NCBI GenBank assembly: GCA_951406725.2
Contig: OX597818.1
Span: 92,690,001 to 92,754,000, forward strand
From: Octopus vulgaris
Lineage: Eukaryota
Direction of reading: 5' to 3'
DNA: 64,000 nt
This document shows, in pieces, positions 11,590 through 24,449 of the stretch. Under the pieces are notes generated by a model. The model saw only the letters and a list, made by a program, of their open reading frames with translations, was not told the DNA's origin and did not search any database. A program made the translations under genes and the position numbers. Each line of letters starts with the position of its first letter. The stretch's first letter is position 1.

Positions 11590-13085
11590 GGCAGTTTAGT
11601 CGGTGTCTTTCTGTGGATTGTTGAGATGGTAGTTCTGGTGGTTGTGGTATTATTTGTTGATCAGTTTTGGCTGATATTTTGGAATGAAATATTCTTCCTT
11701 GGCCTTACGAAAATGTTCATTTTCTGTCTGCAGTTTGAAGAAAGGGAATATTTTGAATTTTCTTTTTCCACATTTTTCAAAATGTTCATTACAGGTTGTG
11801 TTTCTAACAGAGGGATCATGGATCTGTTGTTTGTGTACCCTTAGTCTCTCATATAGTCCAATGCTCGCTTCACCAATGTTGTATTCGTTACATTCAGGGC
11901 ATGTGGCACAGTAAATAAAATTCCTGAATTTGCAATTTTGCCAGTGCCGCTGGACTGGCTCCTGTGCAGGTGGCACATAAAAAGCACCATCTGAGCATGG
12001 CCGTTGCCAGTACCGCCTGACTGGCCCTTATGCTGGTAGCACGTAAAAGCACGCACTACACTCTCGGAGTGGTTGGCATTAGGAAGGGCATTCAGCTGTA
12101 GAAACTCTGCCAGATCAGATTGGAGTCTGGTGCAGCCATCTGGTTCGCCAGACCTCAGTCAAATCATCCAACCCATGCTAGCATGGAAAGCAGATGTTAA
12201 ATGATGATGATGATTTGCATTTATTTTGAAAGTGTCATTGTTCTTGAAAGTAATTTGTTCTCCCTCTTCAATATAGTCACATGTTCCACAATGAGGGTCA
12301 TCACATTTTTTAAACTCTCTTTGTTGTTTCTGTGGTTGTAAATTTTGCTTGGGTTCAGAGGTTCTTTTTATGTTGCCTGCTTGCCATCTGCTATAAATTA
12401 TTTTTGAATTTGTTATTAATTGGTTCATTCTTGATGAATGTTCAAGGATTGGGAGGTATTGTTTTGCAGTGCTGATGATGTTATGATTTCTTGGGTAGTG
12501 GGTGATGACAAAAGAAATGCTTATAAGTTCATTTTCATTTTTATTTTTGTGTGTTTGTTTTTCTCTGAAGGTTGTAGTTGAGATGCTTTTTGCTTTGGTG
12601 ATTGCTGTGTCAATTAAAATAGTGGGATAATTTTGTTCCTTCAGAATTATTTTAAATTCCTGTAATCAAGGGTCCCTTAATTCTGCATCTATTACTATCA
12701 TGCAAATTCTTTTTGCCATATTAAAGAGTATGTTTCTTTTGGTATGTGAAGGATGAGAGGAATGAAAGTTCAAATATTTGTGAATGTCTGTAGGTTTGTA
12801 GAAGAGATCTGTTTTATAGTGTTATTTTCTTTACTTAGAAGTATGTCCAAAAATGGTAATTCTCTTGTTTTGTTCCATGGTAAATTTTATAGAAGTGTGT
12901 AAGTTGTTTAAAAGTGAGTTAAATATTCTTAAGTCTTCTTGGTTTTTAGTCCAGTATATAAAGCAATCATCTAAATACCATTTCCAATTCTTTTTTTATA
13001 TAAATGGAGAACTGTTCACTAAAAGTTTCCATTAGTTGGGTATAAAGTTTGACCTCTAAGAAGCCCATAATGAGTGTTGCATATG
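11590..13085 (-). mobile_element. Decayed Penelope-like retroelement (RT and GIY-YIG), interrupted by an RTE 3' UTR insertion at 11932-12213
   Basis: YATLIMGFLEVKL and WYLDDCFIYW (RT); NFIYCATCPECNEYNIGE...RLRVHKQQI...KEEYFIPKYQPKL (GIY-YIG). Low-complexity 10225-11590 may be its downstream region. Confidence 0.9.
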
Positions 13086-13781
13086 GGGGAGGTGATGGGG
13101 ACAAAAGTAACACCCGACATATGCAACACACACTCACAGTCTCACATATGCAGCACACACTCAGTCTCTTTTGCCAAACCACTAAGTTACAGGCATGCAA
13201 ACACACCAACATTGGTTGTCAAGTGATGGTGGGGTGACAAACACAACACACAAACATACACACACACATATACAATGGGCTTCTTCCAGTTTCTGTCTAC
13301 CAAATCCACTCACAAGGCTTTGGTTGGCCTGAGGCTATAGTAAAAGACACTTGACCAAGGTGCCACACTGGGATTGAACCTGGAACCATGTGGTTAGGAA
13401 GCAAGCTTCCTACTGCACAGCCACTCCTGTGGGGATTGGCATCTATAACACTTGTCTTATGAAAATATGCACCAACAAAAATTAAGAAAGACATGACTAT
13501 GTGTAACACAATGATTCATCAGTTTAAATAATAATACATACATCATACATATATACATACACGTCTGTGCATGTGTATGTATGTTTGTATGTATGTATGT
13601 ATACAATGAATACACTCATCAAAATTCCTATTGTAATAATAAACATATGACATCAATGTTCCATTGCTCAACACCCACAGAAAGAAATAGAAGAAAATAT
13701 AAGAATGAAAACACAACATCAAATATGTTTCCTAATGTTACCTTTCAATAGAATTTTCTATTTGGAATGGATGTATTGTGT

Positions 13782-13812
<31 letters not shown>

Positions 13813-14163
13813 AACACACACATGCATGCATGCACACACATGCGCACACACACATATATACATATATATATATGCATATACTCTTTACTCTTACTCTTTT
13901 ACTTGTTTCAGTCATTTGACTGTGGCCATGCTAGAGCACTGCCTTTAATTGAGCAAATCGACCCCAGGACTTATTCTTTGTAAGCCTAGAACTTATTCTA
14001 TCGGTTTCGTTTGCCGAACTGCTAAGTTACGGGGACGTAAACACACCACAATAGGTTGTCAAGTGATGTTGGGAGGACAAACACAAACACATAAACACAC
14101 ATACATACATATATATGACAGGCTTCTTTCAGTTTCTGTCTACCAAATCCACTCACAAGGCTT

Positions 14164-15450
14164 GCAGTCCATACACTTCTTCCATTGGTGTTGCAGTGTT
14201 TGGATATCACTGTGGAAGAGGCTTTCATACTATTGACCAAAAAAGCCATCAACAGTAGATATGATGTCATCATCACTGCAATACTAGTTTCCAGTCAAGT
14301 ATTTTTTCATTTTGGGGAAGAGCTGATTGTCAGATTGGGCCAAATCAGGAGAACAGGAACAGTGATCAACCAGTTAAAAACTACAGTCATGCACAGTAGC
14401 CATTGAAATGAAGGACTTGTGTGTCGTAAGACAAGTGTTATGGATGCCAATCCCCACAGGAGTGGCTGTGCAGTAGGAAGCTTGCTTCCTGGCCACATGG
14501 TTCCGGGATTAGTCCCACTGTGTGGCACCTTGGTCAAGTGTCTTTTACCATAGCCTCAGGCCAACCAAAGCCTTGTGAGGGGATAAAACAAGATCCCATT
14601 CATCAGTTTCCCTAGGTGTTTGGTATTGATAGGCTTTCATAACTGCCACATTGATGGTGGGAACCTTTTGAAGAGAGTCAATAAACACAATGCATTTTGC
14701 ATCTGGAAAACCAGAGGCCATCACCTTCTCTGCAGATGAAACAACCATGACCTTCTTTGGAGCAGGTGAGGAGGGGGTGTTTCCACTGCACAGATTGTCT
14801 CTTTGTCTCTGGCTCAAAGGTGTAGGAAATGTTCAAGGAAAGCAACTGGATCTACCTCAAACAATGTCAGATTTTTCCCATGATGTGATCAGCTTGATGC
14901 TCTTTTGATCAGGTATCAAAAAATGTGGAAACCATCGAGCAGAAACTATCATCATGTTAAAGTTCATTGTGCAGAATATTCTTAACTCTCTCATGGGATA
15001 TGCTAAAGCATTGCCTAGTTGATTTATAGTCAATCACCTGTCATCCAACAGCATGTGGTGGACATGATCAGTGTTTTCCTCAATGGTGGCAGGTGGGTTG
15101 TCTTCAAGACTTTCCCTTCTCCTCCTAAATTCAGCAGTCTATTTTTGCACTGTTGATAATGCTGGAGCATCACCCCCTAATGTAGCAACCATGTCTGCAT
15201 GAATGTCATTGGGCGCCAGACCTTTTCTCTCTGGGTACCTGATAACACCACAATGCGAAATTTTGTCCATTTTCAAGAGAAGTTGTTACTAGATATATTT
15301 GAAGTCTTCTTTGAACAGTCAAATGCCAGTTTACCTGGAAAGAAACAATACAGTTATTAATATGAAGAGTTGAAATTAATGCATGCAAGATTTCAAAGTT
15401 CTCACATCACACCTTCATAGTAAGGCTATGAACTTCTCAGCCTTCCCTTG
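14164..15450 (-). mobile_element. Decayed mariner transposon
   Basis: APKKVMVVSSAEKVMASGFPDAKCIVFIDSL matches mariner SAGKVMATVFWD; SPDLAQSD matches YSPDLAPSD. TIR-like end near 15420-15450. Confidence 0.85.
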
Positions 15451-15924
15451 AATCTTATATGTTTTACCTATATGTACAAAACTGTACATGTGAATAAATA
15501 ATATTCTTTCCTACTCTAGGCACAAGGTCCGAATTTTTGGGGGAGGGACCCAGTCAATTAGTTCGATCCCAGTACGCAACTGGTACTTAATTTATCGACC
15601 CTGAAAGGATGAAAGGCAAAGTCGACCTCAGCGGAATTTGAACTCAGAACATAAAGACAAACGAAATACCACTAAGCATTTTGCCCAACATGCTAACGTT
15701 TCTGTCAGCTCACCTCCTTAATAATATTGAAATTATAAATAACATCAAAATTATTATGTGAATAAAGGATATCAAAATTATTTTCCAATCTCCTGCTTTC
15801 ATATATACAAACATGAGGAGATGTTAAAAAGTTCCTGGCTTTAAGGGTATTGCGAAAGGCTGACTGGAGGCCCATCCTTCCAAGTTCTTTTACAGGACTT
15901 AGAAAACCATATATATATATATGG

Positions 15925-17650
15925 AGAGGGTCATAGCCCAACTAATTCAGGAGTGAGTTAGTTTAGATGAGATGCAGTTTGGGTTTGTGCTACGGAGAAG
16001 CACCACTGATATTATATTTCTGATAAGACAGCTGCAGGAGTAACTCCTAACCAAAGTAAACCTCTGTACTTGGCTTTTATTGATATGGAGAAAACTTTTG
16101 ACAGGGTCCCCCAATCACTTATCTGGTGGTCAATGCAGAAACTAGGAATAGATGAGTGGTTAGTGAGAGCTGTACAAGTCATGTACAGGGTTGGCAATGA
16201 GTATAGTGAAGAAGTCCAGATACAAGTAGGGGTTCACCAAGGATCAGTCCTCAGCCCCCTCTTATTCATCATAGTCCTCCAAGCAATAACAGAGGAATTC
16301 AAGACAGGCTTCCCCTGGGAGCTCCTCTATACTGATGACCTTGATCTAATAGCTGAGTCACTACCAGAAATAGAGATGAAGTTTCAGATATGGAAGCAAG
16401 GTCTAGAATCAAAGGGCCTTAGAGTTAACCTAGCAAAAACCAAAGTCTTAGTAAGTGGGAAGGCAGACAAATCATAAATCACTTCAGGTAGATGGCCCTG
16501 CTTGATCTGTTGAAAAGATGAAGGTAGAAATTCCACAAGCTGTACTCGATGTAAGCTATAGACACATAAGAGGTGCAGCAATATCAAAGGAAGGTTAACT
16601 GAGAAGATAGTTTTTGTGTGTGGTAGATGCACAGGTGCAATAAACACTGAAGATGTACAGAAAACAGATTTCACTACACGGCAGGGGAAGAAACTAGAAG
16701 TAGTTGATAGCTTTTGTTACCTAGGTGACCAAGTCAGTATTGGGGGTGGATACTCTGAGAGCATAGCTGCTAGAATAAGAATAGCTTGGGAAAAGTTGAA
16801 AGAGCTCTTTCCTCTGCTGGTAACAAAGTCTCTCACTCAGAATGAAAGGTAAACTGTATAGTGCCTGTGTTTGAACAGCTATGCTACATGGCAGTGAAAC
16901 ATAGGCTTGAAAGAAATGAAGCTAGTATGCTCCACTGGATGTGTAATGTCAGTGAGCATATATGACAGAGTGTAAGTGCCCTGAGAGAAAAGTTGGACAT
17001 CAGAAGCATCAGATGTGGTGTGCAAGAGAGACAACTGCACTGGTATGGTCATGTGCTGTATATGGATGAGGACAGCTGTGTGCAGAAGTGGAGAGAACCT
17101 GTGGAAGAGGTAAACCCAGGAAAACATAAGATGAAGTGGTGAAGCACAACCTTCGATTGTTGGGCCTCTTAGGAGCAATGACAAGCAACTTTTGGAAATA
17201 TGCTGTGCTTGAGAAGACCCAGCAAGCCAAGTGTGATCATAGCCGTGGCTGATGCCAATGTCATATAACTGGCCCATTTAAAAATACTCTTTAATCATTG
17301 GGCAATATGCTGTGCCAGTGAAGGCCTATTGAACTAAGTGAAATTAAAGTTGTGGCCAATGCCGATGCTGCCTGACTGGCACCCATGTAGGAGGCATGTA
17401 AAAAGCACCATTTGAGTGTGATTGATGCCAGTGCCACCTGACTGGCTTCCATGCAGTGGCATGTAAAAAGAACCCACTACACACTTGAAGTGGTTGGCAT
17501 TAGGAAAGGCATCCAGCAGTAGAAACCTTGCTAAATCAGATTGGAGCATGGTGCAGCCTCCCAGCTTGCAGTCCTCAAGCAAGCCGTCCAACTCATGCCA
17601 GCAAGGAAAGTGAATGTTAAACGACGACGATGAGGATGATGATGATGATG
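15925..17650 (+). mobile_element. RTE-type LINE, 5'-truncated: RT, PHD-like finger, C-terminus and 3' UTR
   Basis: ORF 16070-16477: FIDMEKTFDRVP...GVHQGSVLSPLLF...LLYTDDL. Downstream stops and frameshifts; (GAT)n tail. Confidence 0.92.
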
Positions 17651-17670
17651 CTATGTATGCATGTGTGTAT

Positions 17671-17712
<42 letters not shown>

Positions 17713-17841
17713 ATATGTATGTATGTTGTATGTATGTATGTATGTATGTATGTATGTATGTATGTATGTATGTATGTATGTATGTGTGTATGTATTATTG
17801 AGAGAGAGAGTGAGAGAGAGTGACAGAAAAGACAGGCAAAC

Positions 17842-17902
<61 letters not shown>

Positions 17903-17975
17903 GGCAGGCAGGCAGGCAGACAGGCAGGCAAGCAAGCAGGCCGGCAGACAGACAGACAGACAGATAGATACAGAG
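17650..17975. repeat. Compound (TATG)n/(TA)n/(AGAT)n/(AGAC)n/(AGGC)n microsatellite
   Basis: Directly visible. Confidence 0.95.
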
Positions 17976-18542
17976 AGAGAGTAAAATAGAGCCATTCATA
18001 AACACATCCACAAATATATATGCATACACACATACATTAATACATACAAATTATATTTACACACACACACACACATCTACTTGCATATGCTTAACTGTTA
18101 CCCAGCAAATCTAATAACCAGCAGCTTGTTTGTTTATGGATCCTCAAATAACTATATAATCCAATACGGTGCACCCCAGCTTCTGTTGCAATTATAACAT
18201 CTAGATGTTTTGCTGTACCTCTTCTTCTATTAACAGTATATTTCTCCTATATATTGTTAATTACTATTTGACTGTGTGACTGCTAAAGTGCTCAGTGGGG
18301 AAAGGTTGATTTCACTAATTAAGGCATTATTGTTTCTTCTGTTCAAATTAATCTTCAGCTGTTCTTTGATCATGGTGTAGCTAAGCGGTACAGGATCCTT
18401 AGAAATATTATGTGTCTGAGTCATCACAACTGATGCATGTATAATGAGGATTCAAAGCTGCTAACTTTGGGCCTGTGGAGGATTTTGTTGTGCATATCAT
18501 ATCTCACCAGGTGACTGAATATATGTCTGTATATTGTGGAGG

Positions 18543-19059
18543 AGTGGAGACATGTGGCTTAGTGGTTAGAGTGTCAGCATCATGATCATAAGATCGTGGT
18601 TTCGATTCCTGGACTGGGCGACGCATTGTATTCTTGAGCAAAACACTTCATTTCACATTGCTCCAGTCCACTCAGCTGGCAAAAATGAGTAACGCTGCAA
18701 TGGACTGGCATCCCGTCCAGCTGGGGAACACATATGCCACTGAAACTGGGAAACTGGGCCCATGAGCCTGGCTAGGCTTTAAAAGGGTGCATTTATTATT
18801 TGTGGAGGCATGTGGTTTAGTGGTTAGGGTGTTTAACTCATGATGGTAAGGTTGTGGTTTCGATTCCTGGACCAGGCAATGCATTGTGTTCTTGAGCAAA
18901 ACACTTCCTTTCACGTTGCTCCAGTCCACTCAACTGGCAAAAACGAGTAAATCTGTGACAGACCGGCGTCCCGTCCAGGCGGGGAATTTCTATGCCACTG
19001 AAACCGGGAAACTGGGCCCATGAGCCTAGCTAGGCTTTAAAAGGGCACATTTTTTAAAT
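18543..19059 (+). mobile_element. Head-to-tail pair of tRNA-derived SINEs (family C) inside one TSD
   Basis: Two monomers of about 250 bp; tatattgtggagg at 18530-18542 and 19060-19072. Related heads at 3143-3260, 29367-29690 (TSD atatagaagaca), 52160-52480 (-) and 61165-61330. Confidence 0.85.
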
Positions 19060-19099
19060 TATATTGTGGAGGGAGATCTCTCTGCTCAATATGTAGAAA

Positions 19100-20600
19100 A
19101 AGTGTAGGTAGAAACTCCATAAGGAGTACTCAGTGCAAGCTAGAGACACATAAGTGGTGCAACAATATCAGAGGAAGGTTAACATAGAAAGCAGTCTTTG
19201 TGTGTGGCAGATGTATAAGTATGATAAACACTAAGAATATACAGAAAATAGACTTTGTCAATTGCCTGAGGCAGGGAGGATGCTTAAAAGTATAGAGAGC
19301 TTCCATTACCTTGTTGACTAAGTCAGCAGTGAAGAAGGATGCTCTGAGAGCATAGCTGCTAGAATAAGAATGGACTGGGTAAAGTTTAGGGTGCTTCTAT
19401 CTTTGTTGATAACAAAGGCCTCTCACTCAAGGTAAAAGGCAGATTATATGAGGCTTGTGTGCAAAGAGCCATGCTACATGGCAATGAAACATGTGCTGTA
19501 ACTGCAGAGGACATGCAAAGACTTGAAAGAAATGAAGCTAGTATGCTTCACTGAATGTGCAATGTTAGTGTGCATGAATGACAGGGTGTGTCTTGAGAGG
19601 AAAATTGAGTATAAGGGTATCAGATGTAGTGTGCAAGAAAGAAGACTGTGCTGGTATGGTCATGTGATGCATATGGATGAGGACAGGTGCATAAAGAAGT
19701 GCCAGTTTCTAACTGTGGAGGGAACCTGTGGAAGAGATAGACTTAAGAAGACAGGGGACGAGGTGATGAGCTGGCAGAAATGTTAGCATGCCGGGCGAAA
19801 TGCTTAGCAGTATTTCATCTGTCGCTATGTTCTGAGTTCAAATTCCGCCGAGGTCAACTTTACCTTTCATCCTTTCGGGGTCGATTAAATAAGTACCAGT
19901 TACACACCGAGGTCGATATAATCGACTTAATCCACTTGTCTGTCCTTGTTTGTGTCCTCTGTGTTTAGCCCCTTGTTTGTAGTAAAGAAGTAGGTATTTC
20001 ATCTGCCGCTACGTTCTGAGTTCAAATTCTGCCGCGGTCGACTTTGCCTTTCATCCTTTCGGGGTCAATTAAATAAGTACCAGTTATGCACTGGGGTCGA
20101 TATAATCGACTTAATCCCTTTGTCTGTCCTTGTTTGCCCCCTCTATGCTTAGACCCTTGTGGGTAGTAAAGAAATAGGTGGTGAAATATGATCTTCAGAT
20201 GCTAAGTCTCATGTTAAGTGATCATGACTTCTGGTGATTAAAGGCCTATGGAAAATTGATCTAACATACATACATACTGGCGATTAAGTGATCATGAATT
20301 CTGGTGATTTGCTGTACTTCAAAAGACAGGTCAAGCTAAGTGAAATTGTAATAGTGGCCAGTGCTGGTGACATGTAAAAGGCATCCATGTCAGTGACATG
20401 TAAAAAGCACCTGTGTTGGTGACATGTAAAAGATACCCAGTGCACTTTGTAGAGTGCTTAGCATTAGGAAGAGCATCCAGCCATAGAAACCAGGCCCAAA
20501 GAGACTAAAGCCTGGTGCAGCTCTCCAGCTTACCATCTCCAGTCAAACCATCTTACCCATGCCAGCATGGCAAATGGACACTAAATGATGATGTTGAGGA
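19100..20600 (+). mobile_element. Second RTE-type LINE 3' fragment, interrupted by a dimeric SINE B (about 19765-20178)
   Basis: Homologous to 16490-17650 (QERRLCWYGHVMHMDEDRCIKKC). Confidence 0.85.
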
Positions 20601-20945
20601 CAATGAGGATGAAAGCTGCTAATATTGTTTCATGAAAGCTTTCCAGATTCTTGATATATTTGATGAATATAACTCATGCCTCTCACTCATACAGGAGAGT
20701 GAAAACTGATAACTACAAGGAGAAATGCAAAGAATAACATCATGGCCACTTCACCGTTTTTTTTTTTTTTATTTTTTTTTTTTTTTGTGGATTTGTTAAA
20801 GACACTTGACACTGGAAACAGGGAATTCCAGTAGCAAGTCTCAGAAAATTTGGTTGCTCATGCAAATTCAAGAATTTTCTCCACCATGTAATCTTGGTCA
20901 TGATGTTCTTAAATATCTTCCTCGTCTCTGTAACCACACTGTTAT

Positions 20946-20986
<41 letters not shown>

Positions 20987-20989
20987 AAA

Positions 20990-21720
20990 GGAGATGGTAT
21001 CCACTATCAACTCCCAGCAAGACAAGTATCTTCTCAACATCAAAAGGCTGCCAGCTACCACCAAACCCAAATCAAAACTGAGATCATTGAAATACCTACA
21101 GTATACTGGTGAGATTGTTCTCTGGTAGCTCACACTCTCATGAAGCTCTTCTGGCCATTATCTCAAGTGCCATTAAAGCTTATGAAGGAATACGCCTGAC
21201 AGATAAAGTTCAGAAACATCAGGCCATGTACCAGTTGCTTATTGTAGGACCACCTCCGCTTTCTCCAGACTTTATCAGTACAACAGAAATAACTAACCAC
21301 TCAACTCCACCCTGCTTCTAATTCGGATACTGAGACAGCAGCTTTTTCTTATTTCTTTATTGCCCACAATGGGCTAAACATAGAGGGGACAAACAAGGAC
21401 GGACAAAGGGATTAAGTCGATTACATCGATCCCCAGTGCATAACTGGTACTTAATTTATCGACCCCGAAAGGATGAAAGGCAAAGTCGACCTTGGCTGAA
21501 TTTGAACTCAGAACATAATGGTAGACGAAATACCACTAAGCATTTCGCCCGGCGTGCTACCGATTCTGCCAGCTCGCTGCCTTAGACAGCAGCATTTTCC
21601 AACAGTTATATGTTACACGAGGAGATTCTAAGCCATCTCAGACCTGTCTCTGCTCCTTTGAAAACTTGAAGCAACAGAAATTTTACTAAACAACTATCTC
21701 AACCATAATGCCTTGTTGAC
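20990..21720 (+). mobile_element. Decayed RTE/BovB-like RT fragment with a SINE B insertion (21345-21583, TSD agacagcagc)
   Basis: NIKRLPATTK...LQY...VAHSHEALLAIISSAIKAYEGIRLT...AMYQ resembles BovB-type LFNLRRLQAKTK...ALVAHTEEDLQ...GLTI...VMYQ. Confidence 0.65.
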
Positions 21721-22272
21721 ATATCTTTCATCTTTTTACTTTTTGATTGTTTCACTCATTGCACTGTGGCCATGCTGGGGCACATCCTTGAAGAGTTTAG
21801 TCGAACAAATCAGCCCCATTACTTATTTTTTTAAAGCCTGGTGCTTATTTTATCAGTCTGTTTTGCCAAACTGAACCGTGAGATTACAAAGGCATAAACA
21901 AACCAATGCCAGTTGTGGGAGACACACACACACACACACACATATAAATTTTTTTTTTATCTCATTACAGAAAAAAAAATTTTTTTATATACACGCAGTG
22001 ATATATGACATACGTTGGACCCCTTATTCGCATAATCACCGAACCTGAAACTCAGTTATGGTCTATCCATAGCACTTATTCAGCATTACCTGATACCTTT
22101 GGGTCTCAATGACACTATTACCTCTAATAACCACTCTCTCTCTATATATATACATATATATATTAATTAACGAGAAGGTGGATTTGGTATTAAACTTTAT
22201 TCTGTACAATCTTCTTCTCCATCTTCTATGATAATTGACTTATATCTATTAGTCCAAAATATTATTAGATAT

Positions 22273-22312
<40 letters not shown>

Positions 22313-22544
22313 CAGTAAGATGGTGAGCTGGCAGAATTGTTAGCATGTCGGACAAAATGTTCACCTGTCACTACGTTCTGAGTTCAAATTCTGCCAAGGT
22401 CGACTTTGCCCTTTATGCTTTTGGGGTTGTTGAAATAAGTACCAGTCAAGTGCTGGGGGTCGATGCAATTGACTTGCGCCGCCACCCCCAAATTTCAGGC
22501 CTTGTGCTTATAGGAGAAAGAATTATTATTATTATTATTAGTTT

Positions 22545-23200
22545 GTCCACTGTTGTCGACAATGACCAGGAACATCACATGGGAGAAGAAGATGGGGCAC
22601 AATGTGTCTGGCTGTTGCGAATCAGTTTGATGCATGTTTGGAAGACTCTGCTGCAGGTCAAGCACTGGTGGTCAGTTGGGAATGAAGACAAGGCGGCAAG
22701 CTGGAAGAAACGTCAGCATGCCAGGCGAAATGCTTAGCAATATTTCGTCTGCCACTACGTTGTGAGTTCACATTCCGCTGAGGTTGACTTTGCCTTTCAT
22801 CCTTTCGGGGTCGATTAAATAAGTACCAGTTACGCACTGGGGTCGATGTAATTGACTTAATCTCTTTGTCTGTCCTTGTTTGACCTCTCTGTGTTTAACT
22901 CCTTGTGGGTAGTAAAGAAATAGGGAATGAAGACAAGGAGTTGGCAATAGATCTGCATAGTTTGTGTATTTGTTGTGTCCCCTCAATCCCGTTCTGTACA
23001 TAGGAGCTGGCACCTCAGTTGGTGCTGCTTCATCATGGAGGGCAGTCTTGTGCTTGTGTTTCCCAGGTGTCAGGGTTAATTTCAAAGCTTTTCAGTGAGG
23101 CTTATATCCAGAGTGATGAGTGGTGCAGAGAGCAATAGTTGACCGTGCTGTTTCAGTCTAATGCCAAGTTTCACTTAGAATACACAACTATGTTGTATGG
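22545..23200 (-). mobile_element. RTE-like 3' end with C2H2 remnant, interrupted by SINE B (about 22690-22925, TSD gggaatgaagacaagg)
   Basis: Minus strand reads HQCLTCSRVFQTCIKLIRNSQTH. Confidence 0.5.
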
Positions 23201-23398
23201 TTCACACCACAGCTTAGAAAGGGCATGTTGTACTTACTCATGATACCTATTTACAACTGGTTGTAACCAGTCAACCAATCATGCACTTCTGTTTTAGTAA
23301 TACTCTTATTTAGCCTTATAAGAAGACAACTTATTCTCTTATTCTCTTATATGTTTCAGTCCAATGACTGTGGCCATGCTGGAGCATTAAAAGTTTCA

Positions 23399-23481
23399 TA
23401 GCACAAGTGGGTTTCGAACCCACGCGGACAATTGTCCATTGGAACTTAAATCCAACGCCTTAACCACTCGGCCATCATGCT
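23399..23481 (-). tRNA. tRNA-Leu(TAA), possibly degenerate
   Basis: AGCATGA-TGGCCGAGTGGTTAAGGCG-TTGGA-TTTAAGT-TCCAA, long variable arm, GTGGG-TTCGAAA-CCCAC-TTGTGCT-A. 83 nt. TTTT Pol III terminator 6 nt downstream (23389-23392). Confidence 0.88.
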
Positions 23482-23790
23482 GCCTGTGTACAAGTAAGTT
23501 TTTTTTTTTTTTAGCATTTGTTAATGAACTTATATCAAATTTGATAAGTCTAAGTTTATCCCAGAGCTGTACAGTGCATGAACAAGGAAATCTGGGCTCA
23601 GGATGATATCAGTGGAGTATTAATATGCTTTTAATCATATTGAAATATCTTATAGAAAAAAATTTTGCTTAAGTTATGAATACACACAAATGAAAACTGA
23701 AGAAGATGAAATTCTACACAGGACCACTCTAACACCCACTAACGGCCAATATAAGGATGATTCAGTCAGAATCACTTCTTAGGTCTCTCA

Positions 23791-24386
23791 GGTCCCATTT
23801 ATAAAGAAGTTATTGTCTATAAAAACGAAGTTACTATCTGCAGAAAAAAAAAGTTATTGTTTGTAGAAAGAAGTTATTGTTTGTATAAATAAATTATTTT
23901 TGTCTGTACCAAATTCACAAAATTTTCCGTTTTCATTTAACCAAATTTATAAACAAGTCTAACATTTTATTTTTTTCTTTACAAACAATAAATTCTGTAT
24001 AAATAGGATCCAAGAAACAATATTCTGTAAGTGCATATGCACAAGCAAGAAAAAGAATGAACAGAGAGAGATAAAGGAAATCTTTAAGAGAGAGAGAGAG
24101 AAGTTCAACTTGCCACCCAGTGAACCAGACAAGGCATAATTTTCTATTATATTTCATGTAACTTGGAAACAGATGCTGAGGAAAACAGCAGCATGTGTTA
24201 ATAATTTAGCAGTAAATACTGTTTAAATATCTTTTATATTTTCTACAACTTTCTTCCAGTTGGTAAACTGAGTGGAATTATTGAAAATTAGTCTGCATTT
24301 TAATCAAATTTCTTCAGAGATTTTGTATTTGATAAAGCATTTCTTTTACTTCTTTATACAGACAATAATTGTTTGTTAATGGGTCT
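23791..24386. mobile_element. MITE-like element with imperfect terminal inverted repeats
   Basis: cccatttataaagaagttattgtctataaa at left versus tttatacagacaataattgtttgttaatggg at right; subterminal aagttattgt repeats. Confidence 0.45.
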
Positions 24387-24449
24387 TCTGAGGCAATGTC
24401 CTGCAAGTGTAAATGTAGATGCAGGAAAAAATGATAAGATAAAAAAAAA

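Noticed and set aside
18100-18530. Minus-strand YIGE-like GIY-YIG remnant (also RLE-like traces at 47300-47800 and 53745-54075)
   Set aside because: Too degenerate to call by eye.
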